Origin: Sedimentisphaerales bacterium
GTDB taxonomy: Bacteria > Planctomycetota > Phycisphaerae > Sedimentisphaerales > SM23-30
Assembly: GCA_963663805.2 (NCBI GenBank)
Contig: CAXXMR010000019.1
Location: forward strand, 175,131 to 239,130
DNA: 64,000 bases
Reading direction: 5' to 3'
Part shown: one piece after another, positions 1 to 9,443 of the stretch
Layout of the letters: every line of letters starts with the position of its first letter
Numbering within the stretch: position 1 is the first letter of the stretch
The notes under the pieces: generated by a model
Told to the model about the DNA's origin: nothing
Database searches by the model: none
What the model saw: only the letters and a program-made list of their open reading frames with translations
Made by a program: the position numbers and the translations under genes

Positions 1-40
1 ACCGTTCACAGTGTATCGCGAGGGTGTGTTGCTCAAACAA

Positions 41-182
41 GAACCGAGCCGCGTAAGCGGCCGGATCGAACCCCAAAACCCGTCCAGATAGTCCAGCCTG
101 TCCAGTAAGTCCATAATGTCCCTCCTGTCCATAAATCCTTTGCCGTTAAAGACCCTGAAGGGGCGAAAGAAAACTAACCGTG
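41..182 (+). repeat. Intergenic mosaic repeat M1: REP-like unit, 6 x 9-mer tandem repeat, GCCGTT, then a 30-bp unit
   Basis: CCGAGCCGCGTAAGCGGCCGGAT (44-66) is identical at 52021-52043. GTCCnnnnn is repeated six times at 82-135. 148-177 matches 35890-35919 at 28/30 bases. Confidence 0.85.
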
Positions 183-223
183 TTTTGTATTTCAGGCTGG
201 AAATGTGTTACAAACGTTCAGGC

Positions 224-1555
224 TCATCGTCGCGTCAGAGTCGCTACCAGATTTTCCAGAATCATTTTGGTTTTGTCGTCGTTCTGACGCAGCTTATCAA
301 TCGTGCGACAGGCGTGCATAACCGTGGTATGGTCCCGACCGCCGAAATGACCGCCGATTTCTTCCAGGCTGTGGTTGGTCAGGTCGCGGGCCAGGAACAT
401 GCACATCTGCCGCGGAAAAGCGATGCTGCGGTTACGACGCTTGCCCTGCAAATCACTCAAACGCACATTGAACTGTCCCGTTACCGCGTCAATAATCTGG
501 GAAACCGTCACCTGATACAAAGGTGTGCGGGGTTCTTCACCCAGGGCCTGGCGAGCCAACTCCAGCGTAATATCGCCGCTGTCGAGCATAGCCATACCGT
601 AAACTTTCGTCAGAGCGCCTTCCAGTTCGCGGGTGTTGTTCTCAACCTTGCGGGCGATGAAGCTGATTACGTCTTCCGGCAGGTCAATACCCCTCATTAG
701 GGCTTTTTTACGCACAATTGCCATTCGGGTTTCATAGCACGGTTTATCAATCCGCGTTACCAGACCCTGGCTGAAACGACTGACCAGCCGATCCTCAAGA
801 TGCGGAATTTCCGAAGGCGGACAATCTGCCGACAGAATAATCTGTTTGCCGGCCTGATAGAGTGTATTAAAGGTATGAAAAAATTCTTCCTGAGAGCGCT
901 CTCGTTCGGAGAGAAACTGGATGTCGTCGATAACCAGCATATCCGAATGGCGATACGTATAACGAAAATCGTAAAGATTACCTTCCTCAACCGCACGCAT
1001 AAAGTCGTTCACGAAAGTCTCGCAGGACATATACTTGATATTCAGATTCGCATCACGTTTCAGGGCGGTCTGGCAGGTGGCCTGCATCAGATGGGTCTTG
1101 CCCAGCCCCACCGAGCCGTGTACGAACAGCGGATTGTAAGCCTTGCCCAACGCCTCGCTGACAGCCACACAGGTAGCATGGCTGAGTCGGTTACTGGGTC
1201 CGACCACGAAATTCTCGAAAGTGTAATCCGGGCTGAAAAACAGGCTTTCGCCCATCGTATTAGAGATTTTTTTGGGCAGCGGCCGTAGGGGGACAATTAG
1301 TTCGGGTTCGTTGCTGAGGACGTATTCTACGCTGACCAGATAGCCGGTCTCCTGCTGAGCTGCCGCGACGATACTGCTGTTGCACATTTGTTTAAGATAT
1401 TGCTGCCGCGAATGGTCCGGCACGGTGATTCGCAATACCCCATTTTCCAGATTTACCGGCCCGAGATCCTGAAACCAGCCCCGCCAGAATTCACTGTGGT
1501 TGCGTTTGAGGTGAGACAATATCCGGTCCCAAATGTCGGTCAGGACATCGGTCAT
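224..1555 (-). CDS. dnaA: Chromosomal replication initiator DnaA
   Basis: YTFENFVVG, YNPLFVHGSVGLGKTHL (Walker A), IDDIQFL, QEEFFHTFN and GGRDHTTVMHA. Start placed at ATG 1555 (MTDVL) behind GAAGGGA; the ORF track extends it to 1648. Confidence 0.97.
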   Translation of the reverse strand: MTDVLTDIWDRILSHLKRNHSEFWRGWFQDLGPVNLENGVLRITVPDHSRQQYLKQMCNSSIVAAAQQETGYLVSVEYVLSNEPELIVPLRPLPKKISNTMGESLFFSPDYTFENFVVGPSNRLSHATCVAVSEALGKAYNPLFVHGSVGLGKTHLMQATCQTALKRDANLNIKYMSCETFVNDFMRAVEEGNLYDFRYTYRHSDMLVIDDIQFLSERERSQEEFFHTFNTLYQAGKQIILSADCPPSEIPHLEDRLVSRFSQGLVTRIDKPCYETRMAIVRKKALMRGIDLPEDVISFIARKVENNTRELEGALTKVYGMAMLDSGDITLELARQALGEEPRTPLYQVTVSQIIDAVTGQFNVRLSDLQGKRRNRSIAFPRQMCMFLARDLTNHSLEEIGGHFGGRDHTTVMHACRTIDKLRQNDDKTKMILENLVATLTRR

Positions 1556-1883
1556 CTGATGCGTTCCCTTCACGTCTATCGCCTTTCGCGGCGCTGATTC
1601 ACTTTCGCGGCGTTTAACCTGCAAACGCTCTGTTAAATAATGATACAACCGGTCTGCCGAGCCCTGAAACGCAGGCGCAAATCACCCGCTTTGTCTAAAT
1701 AGACAACTTCACAGCCTGACCCTCCGTAGTCACGGCCGCTCTAATCCATCAGAGCGTACTGCAAACGAAAACCAGACCAGGAACGGTCCGGGCAAAAGGT
1801 TGTATTACATCCAACTCCCGACAATTATTTCAATTGCCTGAACACCCCGGCGACTTATTTTTATGGCCTCAAGTGTTAAGAGA

Positions 1884-1912
1884 ATTCTAACTAACATGGA
1901 ACCAACTGTCAA
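1884..1912 (-). promoter_or_regulatory. Putative sigma70 promoter for dnaA
   Basis: TTGACA-17 bp-TAGAAT on the minus strand. Confidence 0.6.
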
Positions 1913-2040
1913 CGCAAAACGTTCCCAGTTTTCTCTGCCGACGATTATCAGGCTGGCTATCTGGTATAAGATGCAATAATTCAATATCTTACATCGTTCC
2001 CGGCAATCTCAGGCGTTTGGCTTGGTATTCCATTTAAGGT

Positions 2041-2069
2041 TTGACTTCAAGGCCCGCTAGCTTTAGCAT
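2041..2069 (+). promoter_or_regulatory. Putative sigma70 promoter for the metallophosphoesterase-yidC-mnmE genes
   Basis: TTGACT-17 bp-TAGCAT. Confidence 0.5.
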
Positions 2070-2158
2070 TTACCAACTGTAGCCCGGCCATAATAAGCAG
2101 ATTTGGGGCTGAAAAATGAGTTAAACGACCGAACGTATTGCAGGATAACGATATACTG

Positions 2159-2911
2159 ATGTATGCCATCATTTCTGATATTCATTCCAATTTAGCTGCG
2201 CTGGAAGCGGTTTTGGCTGACATTGACCAGCGGGGCGTCAAGGAAATTTTCTGTCTGGGTGATGTGGTTGGCTATGGTCCCCAACCCCGCGAGTGCCTGG
2301 ACCTGATTGTTCAACGGGGGATTATGGGCATTCTGGGTAATCACGACCAGGCGGTGTTTTATGAACCGACCAATTTTAATGTCGGGGCTGAAAGAGCTAG
2401 CTACTGGACCCGCCAGTGCCTGGAGGAAGAAACCGACCTCAAAAAACGCAATGAACGCTGGGCGTTTTTGGGCCGGCTTTCGGTGAGGATTCAGATGGGT
2501 GATGTGCTGATGGTCCACGGTTCACCCCGTCGGCCGGTAAGCGAGTACATTTTTCCCGACGATATTTATACCAATACCGCCAAGATTTCTTCTATCTTCG
2601 AAAGAGTAAACCACTTATGTTTCGTGGGGCACACGCATGTGCCGGGGGTTTTTCTGGATGACCCGGATTTTTACAGTGTGGACGAGCTGGATTATGTGTA
2701 CCCGGTTTGTGCCGAAGAGCGGGCGATTATCAATGTCGGTAGTGTGGGTCAGCCTCGCGACCAGGATACCCGCTCCAGCTATGTGGTAGTTACCGACGAA
2801 AAAATCGAGTTCGTGAGAATCGAATACGATATTGAAGACACTGTGGCCAAAATTTTCGCCAATCCCGCTCTGGATGATTTCGAGGGCAAGCGTCTGCGGG
2901 AAGGCCGCTAA
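2159..2911 (+). CDS. Calcineurin-like metallophosphoesterase
   Basis: SDIHSN, LGDVVGYG, GNHD, HGSP, GHTH and NVGSVGQPRD motifs. Confidence 0.92.
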   Translation: MYAIISDIHSNLAALEAVLADIDQRGVKEIFCLGDVVGYGPQPRECLDLIVQRGIMGILGNHDQAVFYEPTNFNVGAERASYWTRQCLEEETDLKKRNERWAFLGRLSVRIQMGDVLMVHGSPRRPVSEYIFPDDIYTNTAKISSIFERVNHLCFVGHTHVPGVFLDDPDFYSVDELDYVYPVCAEERAIINVGSVGQPRDQDTRSSYVVVTDEKIEFVRIEYDIEDTVAKIFANPALDDFEGKRLREGR

Positions 2912-2973
2912 CGCGGCGCGGTTTGTGATATTTTCTGACCTAAATTCATAAATACTTACCTGACAGGATACTA

Positions 2974-5010
2974 ATGGACAAGGACGATATAAAAAGAATG
3001 ATAACCGCTTTCGTGGTTTGCATGGTCATTATGCTGGGCTGGCAATATTTCGCGGGCGACAAAAATAAACTCGCTCCGCCCAGTCCTGATTCACAGGCGA
3101 CCCCAGCCCAGGATGGCGAACCACTAAGCGGCGTCAGTGAAACGCCTGAGCCTGTCAAGAGTGCCGCCCCAGCCGAAATCAAAGCTGCCACCGGTACAAA
3201 CTGGCGGGTTATGCCGGTGGAAACCACTGATTTGGAACTTCTAATCGGCAGTCGTATCAAGGAAACCGGTGGTTACAAAGCGGAAATCCAGCTTGATAAC
3301 GCCACCGCTTCGGTTCGTCAGGTGATGTTAAGTGAGTATAAATGGAAAGTTACGGACAAAGAAACCGGCTATCCGCTGCTCAACCCCGCCCAGACCGGCC
3401 GGGGACGCGAAGTCCTCTCTTTCATGTTCGGTACAATGAAGCTCAAGGGCCGCAGCGAGGTTTTTGACCTTTCCAAAGGGGTCTGGCAGGTTACTGACAG
3501 CTCTGACGATGAAACTGTTACGGTGACTTATACCGCGTCAATTGTCGATGAGAACGCTAATTCCATGCTGGATGTGATTAAAGAATACAGTTACCAGCGG
3601 GATAATTACGAAATGGGTTTCGATATTCGTTTTGTGAATCATAGCGATGAGCCCATCGAAGTTTCAGAATTGGAATTTATCGGCCCGGTCGGTCCGCTGC
3701 GTGAAGACCCTCGTACCGATTTGCGGGCGGTAACTGCCGCTTATTTATCAGGTTCCGGCACTTTGAAGACCGAACGCACCATGCTGTCCAAGGTCTCGCC
3801 GGGTGAAGCGATAGACCCGGTTGAGAAGCCCGCCGACGCGGTAGAAATGAATTGGTTTGCGGTGTCGAACAAGTTTTTCGCGGCGGTTATGAGGCCTCAG
3901 CCGGTCGAAAGCGCCCAGCATGTGGATTATCTGGCCGGTAAAATGCTGCGAATAGTGCCGCTTTATCTGCCGGATGACGGCCTGGCCAGGATCGAAGCGA
4001 AAATTGACTCGTTCAGCGAAGTGACCAAGGTGATAACCCCGGAACCGCTAACTGCTGGCGATTCAATAAATTATAATTTCAAGGTTTATCTGGGAGCTAT
4101 TGATAAGCGGATTTTTGACGAGCCTTATTATGCCAATTTGGGTTACGAACATCTTATTCAGGCCAGTTCGTGTTTTTGTGCTTTGGACTGGATAACAGTG
4201 GTAATTCTGGGGCTGATGAACAGCATTTACGCCCTGATTCATAATTACGGGGTGGCGGTGATTGTGCTGGTGTTGCTGATGCGGCTGGTTCTGCATCCGA
4301 TTACCAAAAAAAGCCAGATTTCCATGTCCAAGATGGGCAAGATTCAGCCCATGATTAAGGAATTGAACGATAAATACGGCAATAACAAGGCTGAACTGAA
4401 TCGTCGGACCATGGAACTCTATAAGGAGTATGGACTTAGCCAGTCGATGCTGCTGGGATGTCTGCCGATGTTTTTGCAGATGCCTATCTGGATTTCGCTT
4501 TATACAGCCGTTAATTCCAACGTTGCGCTGCGTCATCAGGGGCTTTTTCCGGCGAGTTGGCACTGGCTGAATGACCTTTCGGCCCCTGACCGGCTGATAC
4601 CATTTTCGGCATTTGGCGTGACCAGCCCGATTGATATTCCCATGATCGGTCCTATCGACGCTATCAACTTGCTGCCTATGCTTTTATGTGTGGCGATGTA
4701 TTTGCAGATGAAGCTGTCGCCCCAGGCGGCGATGGGAGGTTCTAATCCTCAGGCAGCACAACAACAGGCGATGATGAAATATATGATGCCGGTGATGATG
4801 CTGCTGTTCCTTTATACGGCTCCTTCGGGTTTGAATCTGTATATTATGGCAAGTACGTTCGCGGGGGTTTATGAGCAGAAGCGGATACGTAAGCATATCG
4901 AACAGCAGGACGCCGCTGCGGTGGTGGGTACGGTGGCAACTACGGCGAAGGTCGGCAATAAGCTGGGTGAGAAGAAAAAGAAACCCAGGCCGCCGATACG
5001 GTATCAATAA
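2974..5010 (+). CDS. yidC: Membrane protein insertase YidC
   Basis: N-terminal TM, large periplasmic domain, then NYGVAVIVL, GCLPMFLQMPIW, WLNDLSAPD and PSGLNLY. Confidence 0.95.
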   Translation: MDKDDIKRMITAFVVCMVIMLGWQYFAGDKNKLAPPSPDSQATPAQDGEPLSGVSETPEPVKSAAPAEIKAATGTNWRVMPVETTDLELLIGSRIKETGGYKAEIQLDNATASVRQVMLSEYKWKVTDKETGYPLLNPAQTGRGREVLSFMFGTMKLKGRSEVFDLSKGVWQVTDSSDDETVTVTYTASIVDENANSMLDVIKEYSYQRDNYEMGFDIRFVNHSDEPIEVSELEFIGPVGPLREDPRTDLRAVTAAYLSGSGTLKTERTMLSKVSPGEAIDPVEKPADAVEMNWFAVSNKFFAAVMRPQPVESAQHVDYLAGKMLRIVPLYLPDDGLARIEAKIDSFSEVTKVITPEPLTAGDSINYNFKVYLGAIDKRIFDEPYYANLGYEHLIQASSCFCALDWITVVILGLMNSIYALIHNYGVAVIVLVLLMRLVLHPITKKSQISMSKMGKIQPMIKELNDKYGNNKAELNRRTMELYKEYGLSQSMLLGCLPMFLQMPIWISLYTAVNSNVALRHQGLFPASWHWLNDLSAPDRLIPFSAFGVTSPIDIPMIGPIDAINLLPMLLCVAMYLQMKLSPQAAMGGSNPQAAQQQAMMKYMMPVMMLLFLYTAPSGLNLYIMASTFAGVYEQKRIRKHIEQQDAAAVVGTVATTAKVGNKLGEKKKKPRPPIRYQ

Positions 5011-5021
5011 TATTATCTGCT

Positions 5022-6305
5022 ATGTATTGCCCTGACGACACGGTAGCTGCGGTTAGTTCTCCGGCAGGTTTGGCGGGTCGGGGGGTGATACGGATATCGG
5101 GTTCCGATGCGTTAGTCATTGGCAGGGAGTTAGTTAAGGGGGGCCGGGTTCGGTTGGGCGAGGGGTTTTCTTGTGGGGGCGTCTGTTATGAATTTATTGG
5201 GCCGAGGAGCTATACCGGCGAGGATACGGTGGAACTTCATCTGCCTGGTTCGCCGGTTTTGCTGCAAATGGTTATGGGGCAGATAGTTGAGGCTGGGGCT
5301 CGCCTGGCGGAGGCGGGAGAGTTTACGGCGCGGGCATTTTTTAATGGCAGGATGGATTTAACGGAAGCTGAGGCGGTAGCGGAAGTTATATCCGCTCGGA
5401 GTGACGCGGAGCTGGCGGCAGCGGAGCGGCTTTTGGCGGGGGCGCTGCATGAGCGGTGCGGTAAACTGGCGGGGCGGCTGGCGGAGATATTGGGGCTGGT
5501 TGAGGCGGGGATTGATTTTAGTGAAGAAGAGATAGAATTCGCAAGTGCTGAAGAATTATTGAGTTATGTGCAGGAAGTTCGGGAGGCTCTGAGGCGGTTG
5601 CTGGAGGAAAGTTTGAGCTGGGAGGATTTACATGAATTGCCGCGGGTGGTTTTCGCCGGGGCAGCTAACGCTGGTAAGTCCAGTCTAGTAAATGCTTTAC
5701 TTGGATTAGAGCGGAGCATTGTCAGCTCGATGGCTGGTACGACGCGGGATGTGCTGACGGCACCTTTGAGGCTGGCAGAAGGTGAGTGTTTATTGGTTGA
5801 TACAGCGGGGCTGGGGGTGGTTGATGATGTGTTAGCTGCTGAAACACAAGAGGTTACGAAAAGTGAAGCGGCGGGTGCGGATTTACTGGTCTGGGTGATG
5901 GACGGCTCGAAAGAGCGGGCGGCGGAGGTGCCGGCAGGGGCGTTGGCGGTAGTTAATAAATCTGATATATTACTGAAGTTACGTGTCGAAGGGGCGATTG
6001 TGGTTTCGGCTTTGACGGGGCAGGGAGTTGATAGACTCAAGGCGGAGATTGGGAGGCGGCTGGGTCTTAGAGGTGGTGAGGTCGGCGGGTCGGCGGTGGC
6101 ACTTAACTTACGGCAGAGAAAGGCTTTAGAGGCTGGGCTGGAGCATCTGGGCGGGGCGGTTGAGAGGCTGGCCAGGGGGCGGGCGGATGAGATTCTGGCG
6201 GTTGAATTGAGGTCGGCGTTGGATGAACTGGGGACTGTGAGCGGGGCGATTGTCAGCGATGAGGTGCTGGGCGAGATATTCGGGCGGTTTTGTGTAGGTA
6301 AGTAA
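5022..6305 (+). CDS. mnmE: tRNA modification GTPase MnmE (TrmE)
   Basis: SYTGED, GEFTARAFFNGRMDLTEAEAV, NAGKSSLVN, GTTRD, DTAG, NKSD and C-terminal FCVGK. Confidence 0.95.
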   Translation: MYCPDDTVAAVSSPAGLAGRGVIRISGSDALVIGRELVKGGRVRLGEGFSCGGVCYEFIGPRSYTGEDTVELHLPGSPVLLQMVMGQIVEAGARLAEAGEFTARAFFNGRMDLTEAEAVAEVISARSDAELAAAERLLAGALHERCGKLAGRLAEILGLVEAGIDFSEEEIEFASAEELLSYVQEVREALRRLLEESLSWEDLHELPRVVFAGAANAGKSSLVNALLGLERSIVSSMAGTTRDVLTAPLRLAEGECLLVDTAGLGVVDDVLAAETQEVTKSEAAGADLLVWVMDGSKERAAEVPAGALAVVNKSDILLKLRVEGAIVVSALTGQGVDRLKAEIGRRLGLRGGEVGGSAVALNLRQRKALEAGLEHLGGAVERLARGRADEILAVELRSALDELGTVSGAIVSDEVLGEIFGRFCVGK

Positions 6306-6358
6306 GTTGTTTGTTAAGAGTCGGTTACGAAAAAGTTATTTTTTTATTTTTTTTGGGG

Positions 6359-6387
6359 TTGACTGATTGAGGAAATGGGGGTATATT
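6359..6387 (+). promoter_or_regulatory. Putative sigma70 promoter with no downstream CDS
   Basis: TTGACT (6359-6364)-17 bp-TATATT (6382-6387). Confidence 0.55.
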
Positions 6388-6393
6388 TCCTTC

Positions 6394-6461
6394 AACATTT
6401 TCCTCCTCCTTTGGACGAGAGAGAGAGAGAGCACACACAATCTTTTCTCTCGTCTTTTTTT
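6394..6461 (+). ncRNA. Candidate small RNA (~70 nt) with a UCCUCCUCCU motif and intrinsic terminator
   Basis: Upstream promoter, TCCTCCTCCT at 6401-6410, stem GACGAGAG/CTCTCGTC (6414-6454), then T7. Confidence 0.4.
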
Positions 6462-6829
6462 GCGCGCATTTAACGGCGTGTATCGCATTCATTGGGTCTT
6501 GTTTGGCGTTTCCGTTGGTGGGTATAGATAGGTTCATAAGTCCTTATTTTTGTGAGCGTGAGGGTGACTTCGTAGTCGCGATTGGGGCTTAAAACTGGTT
6601 TTTCGGGTGGGGGGTTCTCCTTAATGCGCAATTTGCAGGGGCGAAATCAGCGCGATTGGGGATTTTTGGGGGGTAAAAAGAGTGTTTGGGGGCAGGGGGC
6701 GGGGGATTTTGGGTGTGAATATGCCTGTTTGGGGCGTTATTGCGGTGGTAAAGTCGTGTTTGCGATGGGGTTTTCGGCGCGGTTTGGGCTGGGGTGACCG
6801 ATTTTTGACGATTTTTTTGATTTTTGGGG

Positions 6830-8278
6830 CAATCCTGTTCGGCACATTTATTGCTCAAATACAGTTTTTCTGTGGTCTTTGCAGTTCATATGATTTAGCG
6901 GGGATTACCCCTCAGTGGGACTGTCGGCACTGGTTATTTTGGCGCAGCATCAGCGGCAGCGGCGATTTTTTTGAGGATCGGCCTTAGTTTTGGCTTTGGA
7001 GTTTATTGATATGGTTCTGCATTTCTTGCTCGTCGGCCATGCCGCAGAGGTGCCAGCAGAGCATTTCGTAGGTTCTTAAAGTTGGTTTTTTGCCCGTCCA
7101 CAGGCTGATCAGCATACAGGCGATAATCGCGGCGTACATCTGTAGTTCGATACCGTTTTCGCAGAGGCTTAGCAGATGTCGGCAGCCCAGCACATGCTTA
7201 AAAAAGCGGAAAAATATTTCGATGGCCCAGCGTTTCTGATAGAGCAGGGCAATGACTTCGGCGTCCAGGTCCAGCCGGTCGGTGGCAATCAAAATCATCT
7301 CACTCTGACGTGGTCCCTGGCCCCGTTTCAAATGCGGTTGACATTCAACCGCTATCAGGCGTAACGGTTGTTTGAAATCTTCCCGCAGTTTTTCACTGCT
7401 GCCGGCGATTACCGTACGATCAAAAATTATCCCCGCTTTTCGAGCATCTTCAGTTAAAGGTTTTTCCTGAATAGTTTCGTAAACCGTATCCTCACGCAGC
7501 CGACAGACAAAAGAGCTTTTACTATCCACAATGGCCTGAAACAGCTTAAAACAGGCATATCCGCGATCATTGACATAAATCCGGCCGGGCTGAAGATTCT
7601 CTAAAAAAACCTTTCGCTCATCAGACTTGTCTTCACTGATATTTATTTTCAGAGGCACATATTTTTCCAGATCAAACTGAGTGTGTGCTTTAATTCCGGG
7701 TTTGTCGGTGTCCCAGGCAGCCTGAGTGAGTTTTTGCAAAGCCTGAATACTGCTGCCGTCCACCAGGGTAATGACCTGACCGACTTCCAGTTTTTTGTCC
7801 TGAGATATCGGCCCTAACTGCTCAGTGAGTTGAGCGATTATCGGCTCTAACAAAGAACTCTCAAAAACCCGGGATGCTTCCGAAAGCGAACCCAGCGAAG
7901 CACGCGAACAACCCAACAGCCGCTGTACCTTTTTGAGCTCGCCGGCCTGCTGCAAAGACCGGATGGAACTGCAGATCGGATTGAACATGTATAACAGCAG
8001 CAGACTGACATACTGGTCCATGAATAATGTGCGATTGCCGGCCCGGTCCCGCTCACATCCCGCCGAGTGAAGACCTTTCAGCAGAGCCGAGAGGGACTTG
8101 AAATACTTGAACCCACGCAGGTCCCGCTCCTGGATTTTTTTACGCTTAGCACTCATGCCTCCTATTAGAGCATAAATATCCCTCGAGCGCAAATTACCTA
8201 TCTTAACATTTCGGGTTTTTTTTTAAAAAAATACAGGAGGCCAAAAGCCTAAAGCAATAAATGTGCCGAACAGGATTG
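6830..8278 (-). mobile_element. IS4-family insertion sequence, 1449 bp
   Basis: Perfect 26-bp terminal inverted repeats CAATCCTGTTCGGCACATTTATTGCT (6830-6855, 8253-8278). 9-bp target duplication TTTTTGGGG (6821-6829, 8279-8287). Confidence 0.93.
6984..8192 (-). CDS. IS4-family DDE transposase
   Basis: LVDGS, NDRGY and the YREK-like signature LYQKRWAIEIFFRFFKH. Confidence 0.92.
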   Translation of the reverse strand: MRSRDIYALIGGMSAKRKKIQERDLRGFKYFKSLSALLKGLHSAGCERDRAGNRTLFMDQYVSLLLLYMFNPICSSIRSLQQAGELKKVQRLLGCSRASLGSLSEASRVFESSLLEPIIAQLTEQLGPISQDKKLEVGQVITLVDGSSIQALQKLTQAAWDTDKPGIKAHTQFDLEKYVPLKINISEDKSDERKVFLENLQPGRIYVNDRGYACFKLFQAIVDSKSSFVCRLREDTVYETIQEKPLTEDARKAGIIFDRTVIAGSSEKLREDFKQPLRLIAVECQPHLKRGQGPRQSEMILIATDRLDLDAEVIALLYQKRWAIEIFFRFFKHVLGCRHLLSLCENGIELQMYAAIIACMLISLWTGKKPTLRTYEMLCWHLCGMADEQEMQNHINKLQSQN

Positions 8279-8324
8279 TTTTTGGGGTGGTTTTTGAGTG
8301 TTTTTTTGGGTGATTTTGAGATTT

Positions 8325-8449
8325 AGAAAGGCAGGAGGGATGAGGCATGAGGGAACGGCGAGGTTTCGGCCTTTGGCCGAGGATTTTTATTTAACGACAA
8401 CGGCGTGGTGCCGCCTTCGGGAAAAATTAAATGTACCGGACACCGTTTC
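8325..8449 (-). repeat. Intergenic mosaic repeat M2 (reverse orientation)
   Basis: Minus strand reads GAAGGCGG-CACCAC-GCCGTT-GTCGTT-AAATAAAAATCC-TCGGCC AAA GGCCGA-AACCTC-GCCGTT, then TGCCTCA-type heptamers. Confidence 0.85.
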
Positions 8450-8850
8450 TTCGTTTCACTGCCTTTTCAGTCCCATTCATTGAACCTGAATGATTCGCTG
8501 AACCCGATTAAGAGCAAAATACAAATGATAAATAATAACCACACGCCCGAAAGAAAAGCTGCTACAACCGCAAGGAATTGATGAACACCGAACGTCCAAC
8601 CTCGCGTACGCCACAGAAACTTCAGGCTTGCTGGCAGGCAGACTATAACTGCAAGCAATTGAGTGGCGTGAAATGGACTCTGAGGCCACCCAAACCGCTC
8701 AGCCAAAAGAATCGCAGGCGCACAAAGCGCGGCGTAAATACCCGTTAATAAAAATAACCACTTCGATAATTGGGTGGTGTTCATATCATTTGATTCCCGT
8801 TCTTACCTACTCTGTCGCCCAGGCAAATTAAATGTACCGGACACCGTTTC
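8424..8850. repeat. 26-bp direct repeat bracketing a small ORF
   Basis: AAATTAAATGTACCGGACACCGTTTC is identical at 8424-8449 and 8825-8850. Confidence 0.9.
8467..8784 (-). CDS. Hypothetical membrane protein (about 3 TM)
   Basis: 105-aa ORF with three hydrophobic segments, lying between the 26-bp repeats. Confidence 0.6.
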   Translation of the reverse strand: MNTTQLSKWLFLLTGIYAALCAPAILLAERFGWPQSPFHATQLLAVIVCLPASLKFLWRTRGWTFGVHQFLAVVAAFLSGVWLLFIICILLLIGFSESFRFNEWD

Positions 8851-8868
8851 GTTGCCCCGTTTCGTTGC

Positions 8869-9381
8869 CTAATTTGCCCCTAAATCCGGATTAAGAGAGT
8901 CAATATATTCGTCATAATTATCTATCTCATCATACCAAAAGTCATAATAATACAGACCAGGAATAAGCTCGCGATTCAGATGACAAGAAAAACTGGTTTT
9001 TGATGGGATTGCATCTTTACTGAGAGCAACTAACCCCAATCGGATTCCGCAATTGATAAGAATGCTATCGTCCGTAATATAAATATTACCATAACCAATT
9101 TCGATTAAGGATTTAGGTAGATTTTGCAATTCTGCATCAATATCGAAAACGTAGTTTTTCTTGTTCCATTTTCCAGTCAGGTGTGCCTTTATCACTTCTC
9201 GGCAATCCTTCAAAATCTGAACGTGGTCAATTTCATAAACAGCTCGTCTTATTTGTGGTCTACGAACTTCATCAAGTGGCTTATTAAAATCAATAATAAC
9301 CGCGGTAATATAAGTTGCGATTGCCATAAACAAAACAATTGAAATCGCAATAAGGTACCAATATTTATGTTTCACAACCAC
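8869..9381 (-). CDS. Hypothetical N-terminally anchored protein, paralog of 9444-9974
   Basis: GGAGGA RBS, N-terminal TM, AT-rich. Shares RRxVYExDH...DCR and LIPGLYY...YIDSLNP with its neighbour. Confidence 0.8.
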   Translation of the reverse strand: MVVKHKYWYLIAISIVLFMAIATYITAVIIDFNKPLDEVRRPQIRRAVYEIDHVQILKDCREVIKAHLTGKWNKKNYVFDIDAELQNLPKSLIEIGYGNIYITDDSILINCGIRLGLVALSKDAIPSKTSFSCHLNRELIPGLYYYDFWYDEIDNYDEYIDSLNPDLGAN

Positions 9382-9443
9382 GCTGTTCCTCCATATAAGT
9401 TATTCTGAGAAAACTAAGCTTTTCGGCACATTTTCATTCTTTA

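Noticed and set aside
6325..6987. Several short ORFs downstream of mnmE
   Set aside because: Low-complexity G/T-rich sequence, mutually overlapping, with no motifs; one crosses the IS end.
9422..9433. TTCGGCACATTT match to the IS4 inverted repeat
   Set aside because: Only 12 bp, with no partner end or target duplication; could be chance.
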